DNA of 64,000 nt from a virus. A program made the translations under genes and the position numbers. Under the pieces are notes generated by a model, which did no database searches, was not told where the DNA came from, and saw only the letters and a program-made list of their open reading frames with translations. Location of the stretch: IMG/VR virus record IMGVR_UViG_3300042399_002267, one strand, 5' to 3'. Positions 46,943-58,326 of the stretch are shown here, one piece after another. Each line of letters begins with the position of its first letter. Position 1 is the stretch's first letter.

Positions 46943-49900
46943 TTACTCCGAGACCAAAATATCATTATTACTCAAAACTTTCATTCCTTTAGGGTGAACT
47001 ATTTCATTATTTTCACCCCATACAGAAACTTCATTCCCAGTGGTATTAATAAGCCTCAATCTACTTTTGGAACCAGAAGTTATAACATCATCAGTCAAAA
47101 TATAAAACAAATCTTGAGATGGTCCAGGCAAAGCTCTTATAATATCGTAATCTGCAAAATTCAATCTTGTTTCTATAACACCATCAGAAACTCTTACAAT
47201 AATTAATTTTCCATTATCAGATGAAGATATAGCTGGAGCACCAATTAAAATTCTTCCATCAGTAATTTCGTATGCATTGCCAAGTTTTGTATCTATAAAC
47301 TGAACTACACTATTAGAAATAATCCACTTTTGAGTAAGTGAAGTATTATCATTGAAAGCTAAAATTGAATCAGTAAATGGCTGAGCTAGTATAATTGTAC
47401 TATTGCTATAATGAACAGAAATTGGATTATATACATTTGCAAAATGTATAGGTCCTTGAATTAAATTCAAAGTTACTTCATTTTTTTGATTATTTGGACC
47501 TAATAAAACGTCAGATGGAACAATACCATCTACATTGTAGTCTGAGGAATTGCTAGATGTATATCCAGTGTATGGAATACCAGTTATAGTATTGCCAGTA
47601 CCAGTAAATGTTGATGAAATAACATTTAGATAAGTCAAGGATATATTTGTTGAAGTAGTAGTAACTGTTGATTTTTCGCCTATGCCTACAGTATTTACTT
47701 CAAACCCACCATTTGTTATTGAACCACTGTCAAATCTTATAGTTTTACTTCTAGCATTAGATATGCTTGTGTTTAGTGATTTGCCCTCTTCACTTGAAGA
47801 AAACTCGACTAATAATGTTGCAGATAAAGAACCAATAGAAGAAAATAATCCTGTATTACTTGATATCCTTGGATCGTCTAATCTAACTGTTATTCCATCG
47901 TATGTAAGATAGATTTTAGTAAGATCAAATTCACTTATATTTTGAGAAAATGCAATCCAAATTTGTCTCACGTCCGGATTGTAATATGCAGCTAACACAA
48001 CAAGATCATTCAAAGATTGTTTCAATCTAATATTGCCTTGAATAATTTTTGTAATTTTTCCATCAATATCAAACTTTACAATTCTGTCATTTTCAGTGTC
48101 ACAGAAAATACGTCCACCATCTTCTAAGCTTTGATAATCTTTTGGTTGATTGAAACCAGTGTCTGTAGACTTATAAAAAACTTGAACTGGTGAAAGATAT
48201 GAGGACAAAGTACTTGAATCTATTCCGTCTTCAGATACAACTTCTGTGTCAGTTGTTTGAGCAGATATAAGTGAATTGTTTCTTAAAAATATCCAGTTTC
48301 CAATATTTGATGTGCTAGCAATTTGAATTTTGTTTTTTGCTTTGCCTGTTTCTAAATATGTAACACCAAATCCAATATTGTTTGAATAATATTGCTCACT
48401 TAACCAACCAGATTGAGATGTTGCAAAGTTGGAATATAAAGTGTCAAAAACTCTAGTAGAACCTGTTCCAGTAGCTGAAAAAAGAATTCTTAAGTCATTC
48501 ATTGATGGTGAACTTGTTCTTGTTGAATCAGAATTTAAGCTCACCAAAACATCCAAGTATCTTCCAGTATTATCATTAGGAGATATTTGTCCACTATATA
48601 GATTTCCAGTTTCATCTATATTTGACAATGAATTGAAAACTGAACTTGAGATATCAGTTTTAGTTTCAATCGTGTAAAGAGTATTTGTAGGCTTAGTTGC
48701 ATTCCATTGAACCAAGTTGTAAACAGTATTTACATTACCTGAATCAAATCTTATTAAGAATTTACCAGTTGAAGAATATAAAGACTCATTCCATGCAAAC
48801 ATAGAAGACGATGCGTTTGATGTGGTTGATTTTCTTTCAGTTTGTAAATCATTATAATTGTATGGAGATGGATTTACTTGTTCATCTGTAGGTGTTACTA
48901 AATCAAAAGTAATCTGTTTTTCAGGGTTCCAACCCTTGGCTGAAGACCAATAAAATCCAATACCCTTTATCGATGTTCTATTTTGTGAAGGAAACAAATT
49001 AGACAATCCTACAGTTCTGTATATAGCTGTTCCAATTCCAGCAATATCTGTGGAGTCAGAGTCATCAAATATTTTAAATCCAATTTCACTTCCATCGGTT
49101 GATGAAAGATACAAACTTGTAGGAGCAGTGTTTGGATAAATTTGAGATGAATCAAAATTTACATTTATATCATTTGCATAAAGTGGATCAGTGTCAGTAC
49201 CTAAAACTAAGTACATGTAAATCTGTCCAATTTTAGCATTAGTTTCTCCAATGCCTACTGAAAATCCAACACCTACATGAGATACTCCATCCATAGCTAT
49301 TGGATTACTGAAAATCTTATAAGAGTAAAGTCTTGAATCTACCTTAATACCTGAGGCTGTACTAATAGGAACAAAGTTAAATCCTCTGTACCACCCAGAT
49401 GTAGTAGTGAAGGTTCCAGCAACAGGCTGTTCTAAAGATCTGAAATTCAATGGTGATGATAATTGAAAATATCCATCAGCATCATCATCAGTTGTTCCAG
49501 AAATTTTTATATTTTCGAAGAAACCGATATTTTGTGAAATATTATAATTTTTAGCAACAGTGAAATCTCTTTTAGTTGTATAGGCTTGGGTGTCAACATA
49601 AACAGAATCAGAAACTGATGAACTTATACCTAAACCTGATGACCATGGAGCAGTATCATTTACAGTTGCACTTACAATTGATGCTGGAATAGAATTATCT
49701 GAAAAATTAGCAGTTGTTCCAACAGATGAATTGGCAGAAGTATTTGGAAAAATACCTGGAACATATACTATTGTATTTAATTGTGTATTATCAATATATT
49801 CAAAACCTGATTGCTTTTTTAGAGCTACTAGCATTTGCAGTCTATTGGCTATCGAAAGGTCTGATAATTTGTATTGCGTGTCTTGTTCTAATAAATTTGT

Positions 49901-50632
49901 TAACAATGAATCTATTTGATCGTGAGTAAGATTGCCTTTGTTGTCTAATAAATTGTGATCTATGATTGGCAGTCTTGAAGCATCTAATGTTCCAGAATTA
50001 ACATTGTCTAAATTAATGTTTGAAACATTAGAGCCATCAAGTGTCCCTCTAACTTCTGTTGATAAATCAATTGGTGCTGGATTTGCGCTACCACCAATGT
50101 GTTTATGTCTTTTTATAATATCAGAAATAGCAGAAAACAAAGTTATCACTTGTCTATTAGTATCAAAAACTGATATCAAATTATTAGATGTATTGATTGT
50201 TACTCCGCCCAATGCAACATAATTATTAGAATCTGTTATTTGAGTAAGAGATGCTATAAAATCAACATCTTTTAAAACTGGTGTGTTTGCATTTTCAACA
50301 GCATATAAATAAACTGTAGCTTCTGTTACACCTATTGGTAAAACAGGCAATGCAACATCTTTTGGTGATGATGTTTCAGTAGATTTCCAAGATACATTAC
50401 CTTTTCCTGAAGTTACAGAAACTGTGGTAAATTTTCTATCATCAGAATAAGTTTGAATTTGCCAAGAAATACTATCAATAGTATCTTCTATAATTCCATT
50501 CTTGAAAATTTGATATAAAGAATAAACTTGAGTATCGATAGTTTTAAATCTTAACTCATCCAAGTCAAGATCGTTAGCTAAATCTTGATTTACTTCTAAG
50601 TAACCAAGTTTGTAAAAAGGTGTCTTTCCCAT
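46943..50632 (-). CDS. Tail-fibre/baseplate-like protein, N-terminal paralog of the 2717-aa protein
   Basis: Shared motifs KTPFYKLGY...D, HKHIGGSANPAPIDLS and SGTLDASRLPIIDHN. C-terminal NHL/propeller-like segments (DTENDRIVKFD). Confidence 0.6.
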   Translation of the reverse strand: MGKTPFYKLGYLEVNQDLANDLDLDELRFKTIDTQVYSLYQIFKNGIIEDTIDSISWQIQTYSDDRKFTTVSVTSGKGNVSWKSTETSSPKDVALPVLPIGVTEATVYLYAVENANTPVLKDVDFIASLTQITDSNNYVALGGVTINTSNNLISVFDTNRQVITLFSAISDIIKRHKHIGGSANPAPIDLSTEVRGTLDGSNVSNINLDNVNSGTLDASRLPIIDHNLLDNKGNLTHDQIDSLLTNLLEQDTQYKLSDLSIANRLQMLVALKKQSGFEYIDNTQLNTIVYVPGIFPNTSANSSVGTTANFSDNSIPASIVSATVNDTAPWSSGLGISSSVSDSVYVDTQAYTTKRDFTVAKNYNISQNIGFFENIKISGTTDDDADGYFQLSSPLNFRSLEQPVAGTFTTTSGWYRGFNFVPISTASGIKVDSRLYSYKIFSNPIAMDGVSHVGVGFSVGIGETNAKIGQIYMYLVLGTDTDPLYANDINVNFDSSQIYPNTAPTSLYLSSTDGSEIGFKIFDDSDSTDIAGIGTAIYRTVGLSNLFPSQNRTSIKGIGFYWSSAKGWNPEKQITFDLVTPTDEQVNPSPYNYNDLQTERKSTTSNASSSMFAWNESLYSSTGKFLIRFDSGNVNTVYNLVQWNATKPTNTLYTIETKTDISSSVFNSLSNIDETGNLYSGQISPNDNTGRYLDVLVSLNSDSTRTSSPSMNDLRILFSATGTGSTRVFDTLYSNFATSQSGWLSEQYYSNNIGFGVTYLETGKAKNKIQIASTSNIGNWIFLRNNSLISAQTTDTEVVSEDGIDSSTLSSYLSPVQVFYKSTDTGFNQPKDYQSLEDGGRIFCDTENDRIVKFDIDGKITKIIQGNIRLKQSLNDLVVLAAYYNPDVRQIWIAFSQNISEFDLTKIYLTYDGITVRLDDPRISSNTGLFSSIGSLSATLLVEFSSSEEGKSLNTSISNARSKTIRFDSGSITNGGFEVNTVGIGEKSTVTTTSTNISLTYLNVISSTFTGTGNTITGIPYTGYTSSNSSDYNVDGIVPSDVLLGPNNQKNEVTLNLIQGPIHFANVYNPISVHYSNSTIILAQPFTDSILAFNDNTSLTQKWIISNSVVQFIDTKLGNAYEITDGRILIGAPAISSSDNGKLIIVRVSDGVIETRLNFADYDIIRALPGPSQDLFYILTDDVITSGSKSRLRLINTTGNEVSVWGENNEIVHPKGMKVLSNNDILVSE

Positions 50633-50634
50633 AA

Positions 50635-50853
50635 TTATTTAGGTTTGTATTCAGTAGTAACTTTTTCAATGCCCCAAGTTGAATATCCCCATCTCAATAC
50701 ACCCTTCTCATCTTCAATTTTCTCATCAATGATGTTTATAACACCTAGTTCAACACCAGTAGATGTTCTCACTGTTACTGCATTTTGAATTTTATTTTGA
50801 AATTCTATCATTTTTGCAGAAATTGCAGATGATAATGATTTAAATTGAGCCAT
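50635..50853 (-). CDS. Small hypothetical protein
   Basis: 72 aa, in-operon with 2-11 nt gaps to its neighbours. Confidence 0.6.
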   Translation of the reverse strand: MAQFKSLSSAISAKMIEFQNKIQNAVTVRTSTGVELGVINIIDEKIEDEKGVLRWGYSTWGIEKVTTEYKPK

Positions 50854-50864
50854 AGGTTATATTT

Positions 50865-53783
50865 CTAGTTTTTCATTTCTAATTCTTTTATAGTGAAAGG
50901 TTGACTTACTCCTCGAACAAAAGCTGTAATTAAATTATTTTTCTTATCAAATGTATATCTTATGCTTTGGTATATATACTTGTCTGTTATTTCAGCTTCT
51001 CCATTTAAGAAAGCACTTACAGTAAAACAACCATGTGCAGATAATGGCTTGGTGGCATAACAATCAAATTGTATTGTGTGATAAGGATTTCTAATAATTT
51101 TTTCATTAATAGAATGTTTTTTTCTTAATAATTCAGCAGATGGAATTTCACTTGCATTGTATGCATCAATAATATATTTTCTAAACCCAACATAGCCTTC
51201 TGGTATTTTTCCAGAATCTAAAGAATTTAATATATTATCAAAAGCGGTATCTGACATAGCTTGTGCTAAAAATGTCTCATCCGAAACTTGTGCTTCAAAT
51301 CCAGTAAGTGTTTTTCCGTAAGTTTTGACACCAAATGCTAAATTCTCAACAGATGTGTTGATAATAAATTCACCACTTAATAATCCATGCCAATCGGGAG
51401 TTTTTGTAGAAGTATCAGGATTAACATTTATTTTTTGACCAGTTGGATTCAAAGTATCAACACCAAAATTTCCTATACCTAAAAATTTCAAATCTGAATC
51501 TATAGTTTTATATCTTGCTTCTAATTTAAATATTCCATTAGACTCATCCCATCTAAATACAGGTTGTTGTCCTAAAGTATTCATTTTTTCTAGCAAAGGA
51601 TGTAATCTTTCAGCTATTTTGTCAGTTGGTAATGCTTTCATACTATCCTGATATGCAGCTGGATTAGCATTCAACCTTAAACCAAATCCATCAATACCAG
51701 AATAATCTGCCTTAAAATAATCAGCAAATCCTGAATGATCAATTACTTGAGTGATAGCAGTAGATATAGCCAAACCACCAAAAAGATGTGCAGTATCAAA
51801 ATATACATTTTCTAAACAATAGCTACCAACGTCTTGACAAGTTAATGTGAGATTTCCACTTGATCCACTTCTATTCGAATCAATATTGGTAATGAAACCT
51901 TGAAAATATGGATAAACAGTTTCATATCCAGCCCAAATTTGAACAATACATAAATTATGCTCTATAAGCTGTAAAATATTCCAACCATGTTCTGTAGTAT
52001 CTAGATTTTTTAAAGTTACAGAAGCTGTTTTTTGTATTAATGAGGCATTTTGTAATGTTGAATTGACTTCAACACTTACAGCATCTAACCATGGGGACAA
52101 GTCACCTTTTGGAATTGAAAATATCAATCCTGTATCTTTTACATTAGCTTTTTTATTCTCAATATTTAAAAATGCTGGACCTTCAATAGTTGTATCGTAA
52201 CTTAACAATCCAAAACTAGTTCTATATGTTTTAAAATCAACAGATGCAATTTCTTTATATGAAAATTCTATAGTTTTTCCTAAACCTGAACTGTTTCTCC
52301 AGTCGCCAAATACCGCTGGTTTTCCATCCGTTACTTTTGATATAGGAGCTAATATACCTAAATATCTACCTGTTATAAAGTTATTAAAAATATTAATAGG
52401 CTTTAAAGATTCAGTTTTATCAACAGGTTTCAGAGGAGCCTTAAAATCTGTAAAGATATAACTCTTATAATCAGTGTCTAATGAATCATCTTCAGCATTA
52501 TAGTTGTTAAAAATTATTGCTGAATATTGAAATTTTATGTTTGCATTCTTGACTGTGAGTCTAATATTACCGGATCCTTTGGTAATATAATTTTCAGCTG
52601 AAGTTTTTTCGCCGATGTCTTCTGGATATATTGAATTCCACAAACTTATGTCGGGAGAGAAACCTATCAATACATTTGGACCTACAAAATGAACATAAAT
52701 TTCATATGAACTTTTATCACTTGCATTAAATACGGGTCCTTCTAACTGAGTTATTAAATTAGATTTTATTTGATTATTATCATTGTAAATGTATGTGATT
52801 ACTGGTTTGAGATTTGGTCGAAGTAAAATTCCATATTCATATATTGTGTTTATTTTTGGAGACGAATCCCATATTTTAATAAATATTTCCGAATCATTTG
52901 AATTTAAATCTGCAGAAAGAATTTTAATTACAAACCCACTATTTGCTGATTCAACTGCGTGTATTGGAGATGATCTATACGTTGAATTAGTAGTTCCAGG
53001 AATATACAAAAGAGCATTTGTTTTTACTGGATCTTGTCTGTAAATCGCGTCCATTGAAATTGGATATATTCTTTGTAATGATATAGATTTTCCCACGCCC
53101 AATGCATTTACTGCTACTGATGAACCATTGTAAGGATCAGAAATTGTTCTAATAGAAGGTTCATTGTTTGTAATATTAGGTCCAATATATTTAGTACATT
53201 CTCCTAAAAATAATTTATCAAAACCAAAATTCGAATCATATTCTTCTTTGTAAATATTCCAAATATTATATGTTGTTAAGATTGGAGGCTCTACATCATA
53301 TTGTTGAAACTTATTAAAAGGAATGATAGGCATACTATTTTTAGTAGATAGTCCTGGACTTCCTGGATCATATGCTGTTGATTGATCTGTGCCTACAAAA
53401 ATCGGATTGTAAGTAAAAGTATCTCTGGTTCCTGGACCTTTCAATAATGCATAAATAGGATGAACTTTAGAAGGTTCTATGCCACCATATGCAAACGTAC
53501 AAGAAGATGCGCTAGGTGTAGTATTTACTGGATTTATATGAGCATTTTGCAAAGAATTGATATAGCTCAACCTAGGACTAATTTTATTATATTTTGTCCC
53601 ATTGATATCAATCATAGGATAGTTATTAGATTTATTAAACTGTAAAGATTTAGTATTATTTGCATCTTTGTTGTATGAAAGTGGAGCGTAATAACCGCCT
53701 AACTCACTTCTACCAGGCATGTTCATAACCGCCAGGTTAACAACCATTTTTAATTCTCTAGCATCTGGTAATCTAATTGACAT
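50865..53783 (-). CDS. Putative baseplate hub / central tail protein
   Basis: C-terminal VQIWAGYETVYPYFQGFITNID...LTLTCQD resembles hub (gp27/late-control-D-like) folds. Confidence 0.45.
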   Translation of the reverse strand: MSIRLPDARELKMVVNLAVMNMPGRSELGGYYAPLSYNKDANNTKSLQFNKSNNYPMIDINGTKYNKISPRLSYINSLQNAHINPVNTTPSASSCTFAYGGIEPSKVHPIYALLKGPGTRDTFTYNPIFVGTDQSTAYDPGSPGLSTKNSMPIIPFNKFQQYDVEPPILTTYNIWNIYKEEYDSNFGFDKLFLGECTKYIGPNITNNEPSIRTISDPYNGSSVAVNALGVGKSISLQRIYPISMDAIYRQDPVKTNALLYIPGTTNSTYRSSPIHAVESANSGFVIKILSADLNSNDSEIFIKIWDSSPKINTIYEYGILLRPNLKPVITYIYNDNNQIKSNLITQLEGPVFNASDKSSYEIYVHFVGPNVLIGFSPDISLWNSIYPEDIGEKTSAENYITKGSGNIRLTVKNANIKFQYSAIIFNNYNAEDDSLDTDYKSYIFTDFKAPLKPVDKTESLKPINIFNNFITGRYLGILAPISKVTDGKPAVFGDWRNSSGLGKTIEFSYKEIASVDFKTYRTSFGLLSYDTTIEGPAFLNIENKKANVKDTGLIFSIPKGDLSPWLDAVSVEVNSTLQNASLIQKTASVTLKNLDTTEHGWNILQLIEHNLCIVQIWAGYETVYPYFQGFITNIDSNRSGSSGNLTLTCQDVGSYCLENVYFDTAHLFGGLAISTAITQVIDHSGFADYFKADYSGIDGFGLRLNANPAAYQDSMKALPTDKIAERLHPLLEKMNTLGQQPVFRWDESNGIFKLEARYKTIDSDLKFLGIGNFGVDTLNPTGQKINVNPDTSTKTPDWHGLLSGEFIINTSVENLAFGVKTYGKTLTGFEAQVSDETFLAQAMSDTAFDNILNSLDSGKIPEGYVGFRKYIIDAYNASEIPSAELLRKKHSINEKIIRNPYHTIQFDCYATKPLSAHGCFTVSAFLNGEAEITDKYIYQSIRYTFDKKNNLITAFVRGVSQPFTIKELEMKN

Positions 53784-56700
53784 TGTAAATCTTTATTTTC
53801 GATGTATTTTTGTAAGGGTTAATTACAATAGAATTTATCAAATTGTTATTATCTTGATAAAAAACTATAACTTCATCTGTTTTATTAGCTCTTGATGATG
53901 AAATAATTCCAGATTTTTGAGCTGGTAATGAAATATTTTCAGTACTATAGTAAGATACGATATTAGTTTTATAATCACTTTCTTTTTCGTTACCAACAAT
54001 ATGGTGATATCTATTAGGATTAGAAGAAGATTTAGAAAGTAAATTTATCAAATTGCATTCTGTATATATCAAAGATGTCTTGTGATAAAAGACAATTTTG
54101 ACAACATTTAATTTTTCATCAAAAACTGCACTTGGGGAAAATATATCTGCTGGAGAATTTGAAAAAACTGAAGAATCTACAATTAAAAATCTTTGAGATA
54201 TAAAACCATTATTGAATATTCTTCCAAATATTTTTCTAGAATCAGATTTTATCTTAAATAAAATAAGTAAATCTCCTGATGGCAAACTTATCACTGGAGA
54301 AAAATCATCTGAAGATTCTATTTCAATTGTATACACAAAAGGATTTGGAGCATTTGTAATATTTGCTAAGTTAATGTTTACAACTCTCAATTTCAATACT
54401 CCATTATCAATAAAAGAATTATATAATTCTGGAGAATTATTTGAAATACAAAATGAATTTAATTTTGATATTGGCAAAATAAAACTGTCTTGCTTGCCTA
54501 ACTTACTTGTGTATGGATACCAATTCTTTAAGTCATCTGAATGAAAGTTTGCAGAAATAATTATATTGTTTGATTTTTCTGCTAACACAAATGAATTTGA
54601 ATTATTAAAATAGTTATTTTTTGTGTTTGAAGATACTATGACAGGATTTTGCCCTACAAACTTACTACTTGAATCATTTAAGTAGATTAAGTCGGTATAG
54701 TATGTAAATGGATTATCAATTGTATCTAAAGACAAAAGTGAAACATTGTCATTGGTTTTATTATATGCGACTAATATCTGATTAGTTAATTTGTTTTCAA
54801 CTGCTGATATTTGTTTTTTAGCTAAATCTCTTACTTTGAATACAAATCTTTGTTGTTTTGAAGAATAAACTAAAAAATTAGTTACAAAAGAATTATTTTG
54901 TATCTCATGAGTTTTTAAACCAAAGCCAAATGGAGATCCAGTGTAAAATTTGCCTTGAATATCAGACAAAGTAGTTCCGCGATTATTAGTTGTATTATTT
55001 TCAACATAACGTAATGCAACTTCAGAATCTTCTTTTATTTTATTGTTTGAAGGATCTAAAACAAGTCCATGAGCTTGACCTCTCAAAATCACTCCTGCAC
55101 CTAAATTCATCCACCTTTTTACTGAACCATCATTGGGTGTGTATGTTTCAAAAGGGTCATTATAATCTGGTATAAAGTCTCCGTTTATTGAATCAAATAA
55201 TGTTTGTGCTATGACATTATTGTGAGAACCAGATGCAGATTGATTTTTTCTAATCCAAACTTGAATATCTGTGTTAGGATCATCATAATCTTTACCAAAA
55301 GAATATTTTCCAGGTTTTACAAAAGTTAATCCACCACCACCAAGCCATACCATTTTTCCTGTATCTGAATTAAGATAAGATTCTCTTCCAAAACTAGTTG
55401 CTGCAATTAATCTTTGAACAGTCCAACCAGTATGATTTGTGATCAATGAATCAGAAAATTGTTTGATAGTTCTTTGTATTTCTACAGAAATATTGCCTGT
55501 ATTTTCATATCCCCAATCCCATTCTTCTTCATTTCTACCATCAACATCAACTTGCCAATGTCTCTTTCCAAAATATAATGTTGTCCGGTTATTTATTATT
55601 TTATCGGTGAAAACTTTATTTAGATTGTCAGGAAATGGACCTACAAAATTTGAAAGAGTAGAAATATTTTCTACCAAATAAACGCCAAAATCAAAATTTT
55701 GTAAACTGTATTTTATTTCTATATTTGTATTATCTATTTCAATTTTGCTAATTCTTGTCAATCCAAAATAATCACTATTGGTTCTTTCTTGACTTGCAAC
55801 AGTTGTAAATGTTCTGTCTGTTGGCAAAAGTCTAGGATAGGGATTGTCTTGCACATCAACAAGTGATGTTTTATTTGTTGGAGAACATAGATCTATTCTA
55901 AATCTAGTAAATTGTGGCGTTGCTTCTATTGGATATGTTTTTATGTCATTGGGTAAACAAGTGATTGAAACAACTCCAGATTGATTTGATGAATTTTTAG
56001 ATTTTACATCAATCTCTAAATATCTATATGAATTAAAATTTCTAAATCCTCCATATATTGAAGGTGAATAATCTCTCAAATTACTTTTTATGCCAGAAGG
56101 TCTAACAGAAACAATGCCTAGATTAACAGAAACTTCTTTAGCATGTTTCATATTTAATGCTATGCCATGAATACCCCTGAACATCAAACGAGTATAAAAT
56201 TTATCATCTAAATTTGTATCTAATGTTGAAGAATCTATTTTACAACTTATCTGTGTTTTGGGGACAGTGTCTCTGCTAAAAGTTTTTTTACTACCACGCA
56301 AATCAGATAGAATATTGAATTTTTCAAAAAGATATTTACACTCTGTAATTTTTCCAGTATCAACTAAAGAAATTGTTGGTTCAATACCTGTACCTGCAAT
56401 TAAAACATTTATTTTATTTGGATATGGTTTGTCAAAAGCATTAATTCTTCCAAATATTCTTGCATTTCTATCAAGATACAATGTCAAATCTGTAAATGCA
56501 GTAGCACTTCCGCTAGGTATATCAAGTTTTGTTCTTACTAAATCTGCACCATTCCAAGTTGTTTCTGAGTTGCCTTCTATGTGTCTAAAAGATTTTCCAT
56601 CTTTGTCATTGATTTCTTTCTTTTCATTGTAAGGTACGTCAACTTTTACTCCATTTAATGTAACTCCATTAAGATTGGCAACTATTACTGGATTTGTATT

Positions 56701-57291
56701 ACCTTGAACACTTAATAAATGATAGTATCGAAATCTATGCTCAACATTTATTAAAATGTTATTTTGATTATTCTGCTCAGTATTTAAAGTTATTCTGTCA
56801 GTAAGTGGGTTTGGTCCAATTTGAACAGTAACATTTTGAGAAGGTCTTAATAATACAGTTTCATATTGTCTATAATCAGTTTTGAGTGGACTAGTTTGAT
56901 TAGAAGTTTCTGTAACATCGTATTTTATAGCTGTTAGAGCTTGAGAAAAATAAGTCCATGTTATTGGCACTGTATATGAAAAATTTTGAAACTGACCACC
57001 GGATTGACCTGACGGTACTGATCTAGATGATTCAAAATAACCACCATATAAATCAGTGACTGAAACTGTGACCTTGATCCTGATTCCCCAAAAACCATTA
57101 TTTCTACTAATCAATGGCTCGGAAATAATTCTCATTAAATTGCCAAATTGATCTGTGAACTCAATTTTAGAAACTTCTAATTTCGTTTCTATAGCTCCAG
57201 TATTTCGATTTATAGTATACGAAGCACTACCGCTACCTGTTGCTAGACATGTAGATGTTCTTGTAGTGTCAGTAAATGTGATGGTAGCCAT
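53773..57291 (-). CDS. Large hypothetical virion protein
   Basis: 1172 aa, beta-rich, overlapping the next gene by 11 nt in the tail operon. Confidence 0.55.
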   Translation of the reverse strand: MATITFTDTTRTSTCLATGSGSASYTINRNTGAIETKLEVSKIEFTDQFGNLMRIISEPLISRNNGFWGIRIKVTVSVTDLYGGYFESSRSVPSGQSGGQFQNFSYTVPITWTYFSQALTAIKYDVTETSNQTSPLKTDYRQYETVLLRPSQNVTVQIGPNPLTDRITLNTEQNNQNNILINVEHRFRYYHLLSVQGNTNPVIVANLNGVTLNGVKVDVPYNEKKEINDKDGKSFRHIEGNSETTWNGADLVRTKLDIPSGSATAFTDLTLYLDRNARIFGRINAFDKPYPNKINVLIAGTGIEPTISLVDTGKITECKYLFEKFNILSDLRGSKKTFSRDTVPKTQISCKIDSSTLDTNLDDKFYTRLMFRGIHGIALNMKHAKEVSVNLGIVSVRPSGIKSNLRDYSPSIYGGFRNFNSYRYLEIDVKSKNSSNQSGVVSITCLPNDIKTYPIEATPQFTRFRIDLCSPTNKTSLVDVQDNPYPRLLPTDRTFTTVASQERTNSDYFGLTRISKIEIDNTNIEIKYSLQNFDFGVYLVENISTLSNFVGPFPDNLNKVFTDKIINNRTTLYFGKRHWQVDVDGRNEEEWDWGYENTGNISVEIQRTIKQFSDSLITNHTGWTVQRLIAATSFGRESYLNSDTGKMVWLGGGGLTFVKPGKYSFGKDYDDPNTDIQVWIRKNQSASGSHNNVIAQTLFDSINGDFIPDYNDPFETYTPNDGSVKRWMNLGAGVILRGQAHGLVLDPSNNKIKEDSEVALRYVENNTTNNRGTTLSDIQGKFYTGSPFGFGLKTHEIQNNSFVTNFLVYSSKQQRFVFKVRDLAKKQISAVENKLTNQILVAYNKTNDNVSLLSLDTIDNPFTYYTDLIYLNDSSSKFVGQNPVIVSSNTKNNYFNNSNSFVLAEKSNNIIISANFHSDDLKNWYPYTSKLGKQDSFILPISKLNSFCISNNSPELYNSFIDNGVLKLRVVNINLANITNAPNPFVYTIEIESSDDFSPVISLPSGDLLILFKIKSDSRKIFGRIFNNGFISQRFLIVDSSVFSNSPADIFSPSAVFDEKLNVVKIVFYHKTSLIYTECNLINLLSKSSSNPNRYHHIVGNEKESDYKTNIVSYYSTENISLPAQKSGIISSSRANKTDEVIVFYQDNNNLINSIVINPYKNTSKIKIYNVN

Positions 57292-57292
57292 G

Positions 57293-58324
57293 TTAGGAAT
57301 TCAAGAAAGATTTAAACATTGTTTTTATTTCAGCTTTTGTTTTTGCTTCATGTACTTGCAATGCTTTTTCAGTGTGAGATTCTAGTTTGTTTTCAAAATA
57401 AGATATAACTTCATTCTTAATATTATTTACTTCTATCTTAGTTATATTCTCTGTTTTTATTTTATTTTCCAAAACATTTACCATATTAGTTACAGATTCT
57501 AAAATTTCAGTCTTTATCTCGGTTATGTAATTTTGAGTTATATTTTGAATTGTAAATCTGACAGATTTATTTTTATTTAAAATACTATTCTTAAAACTAA
57601 CATTTTTTGAGTTGTATACATATTTTGAATTTTCCAGTGATATATTATTCTGTGTAGTATTGAAAATATTATCTATTTCATTATTTATCAAATTTTCAGT
57701 ATTATTTTGATTATTTGTTATATTTTGACTATTCAATGATTTGGGATTTAATGGATCAAAGCCATAATCTTTGGCATTTTCTGTCATTGGTAAATTGAGG
57801 ATCTCATTTGTTGATGAGGTACCTTGAGAGAAATACCTCTCATTTAATAATAAAATTACATATTTGTTTATTTTATCAATTACAGATAGAGATCCATAAT
57901 CATATTTTTTAGTATTTGCTAAGTCAATAAAATTATTTTCAAAATATTTCAATAACTCAAGTGCTTCATCTGCAATATATGGAATATCTTGAATCTCTTC
58001 TTCACTAGAATTTTCAATAAATGGATAAGATTTTGCAATATCATTAGATGATCTGAGCAAAATACTAGATTTATTTATGTTATTGAAAGGATTTAATCTA
58101 AGTAAAGATTCTGGTTTAGTTATATGTTTATGTTCTGGTAAAGAAAAATCATCAGGATTGTCCGATGATCCAGCAGTATATTTGTCTAATGCTAAAATTT
58201 GTGTAGAATAATTTTCGTCAATAATAAAATTTATAAATGGCTCTAATCCATTTAAATCAAGAAAAGCATCTGATTGATAAGATAATTTTTCATAACTTAC
58301 CATTTCGATGCTTTCTTTTTTCAT
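57293..58324 (-). CDS. Asn/Ile/Glu-rich hypothetical protein with C-terminal coiled coil
   Basis: 343 aa with low-complexity N-rich tracts and 1-2 nt gaps to its neighbours. Confidence 0.6.
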   Translation of the reverse strand: MKKESIEMVSYEKLSYQSDAFLDLNGLEPFINFIIDENYSTQILALDKYTAGSSDNPDDFSLPEHKHITKPESLLRLNPFNNINKSSILLRSSNDIAKSYPFIENSSEEEIQDIPYIADEALELLKYFENNFIDLANTKKYDYGSLSVIDKINKYVILLLNERYFSQGTSSTNEILNLPMTENAKDYGFDPLNPKSLNSQNITNNQNNTENLINNEIDNIFNTTQNNISLENSKYVYNSKNVSFKNSILNKNKSVRFTIQNITQNYITEIKTEILESVTNMVNVLENKIKTENITKIEVNNIKNEVISYFENKLESHTEKALQVHEAKTKAEIKTMFKSFLNS

Positions 58325-58326
58325 AT

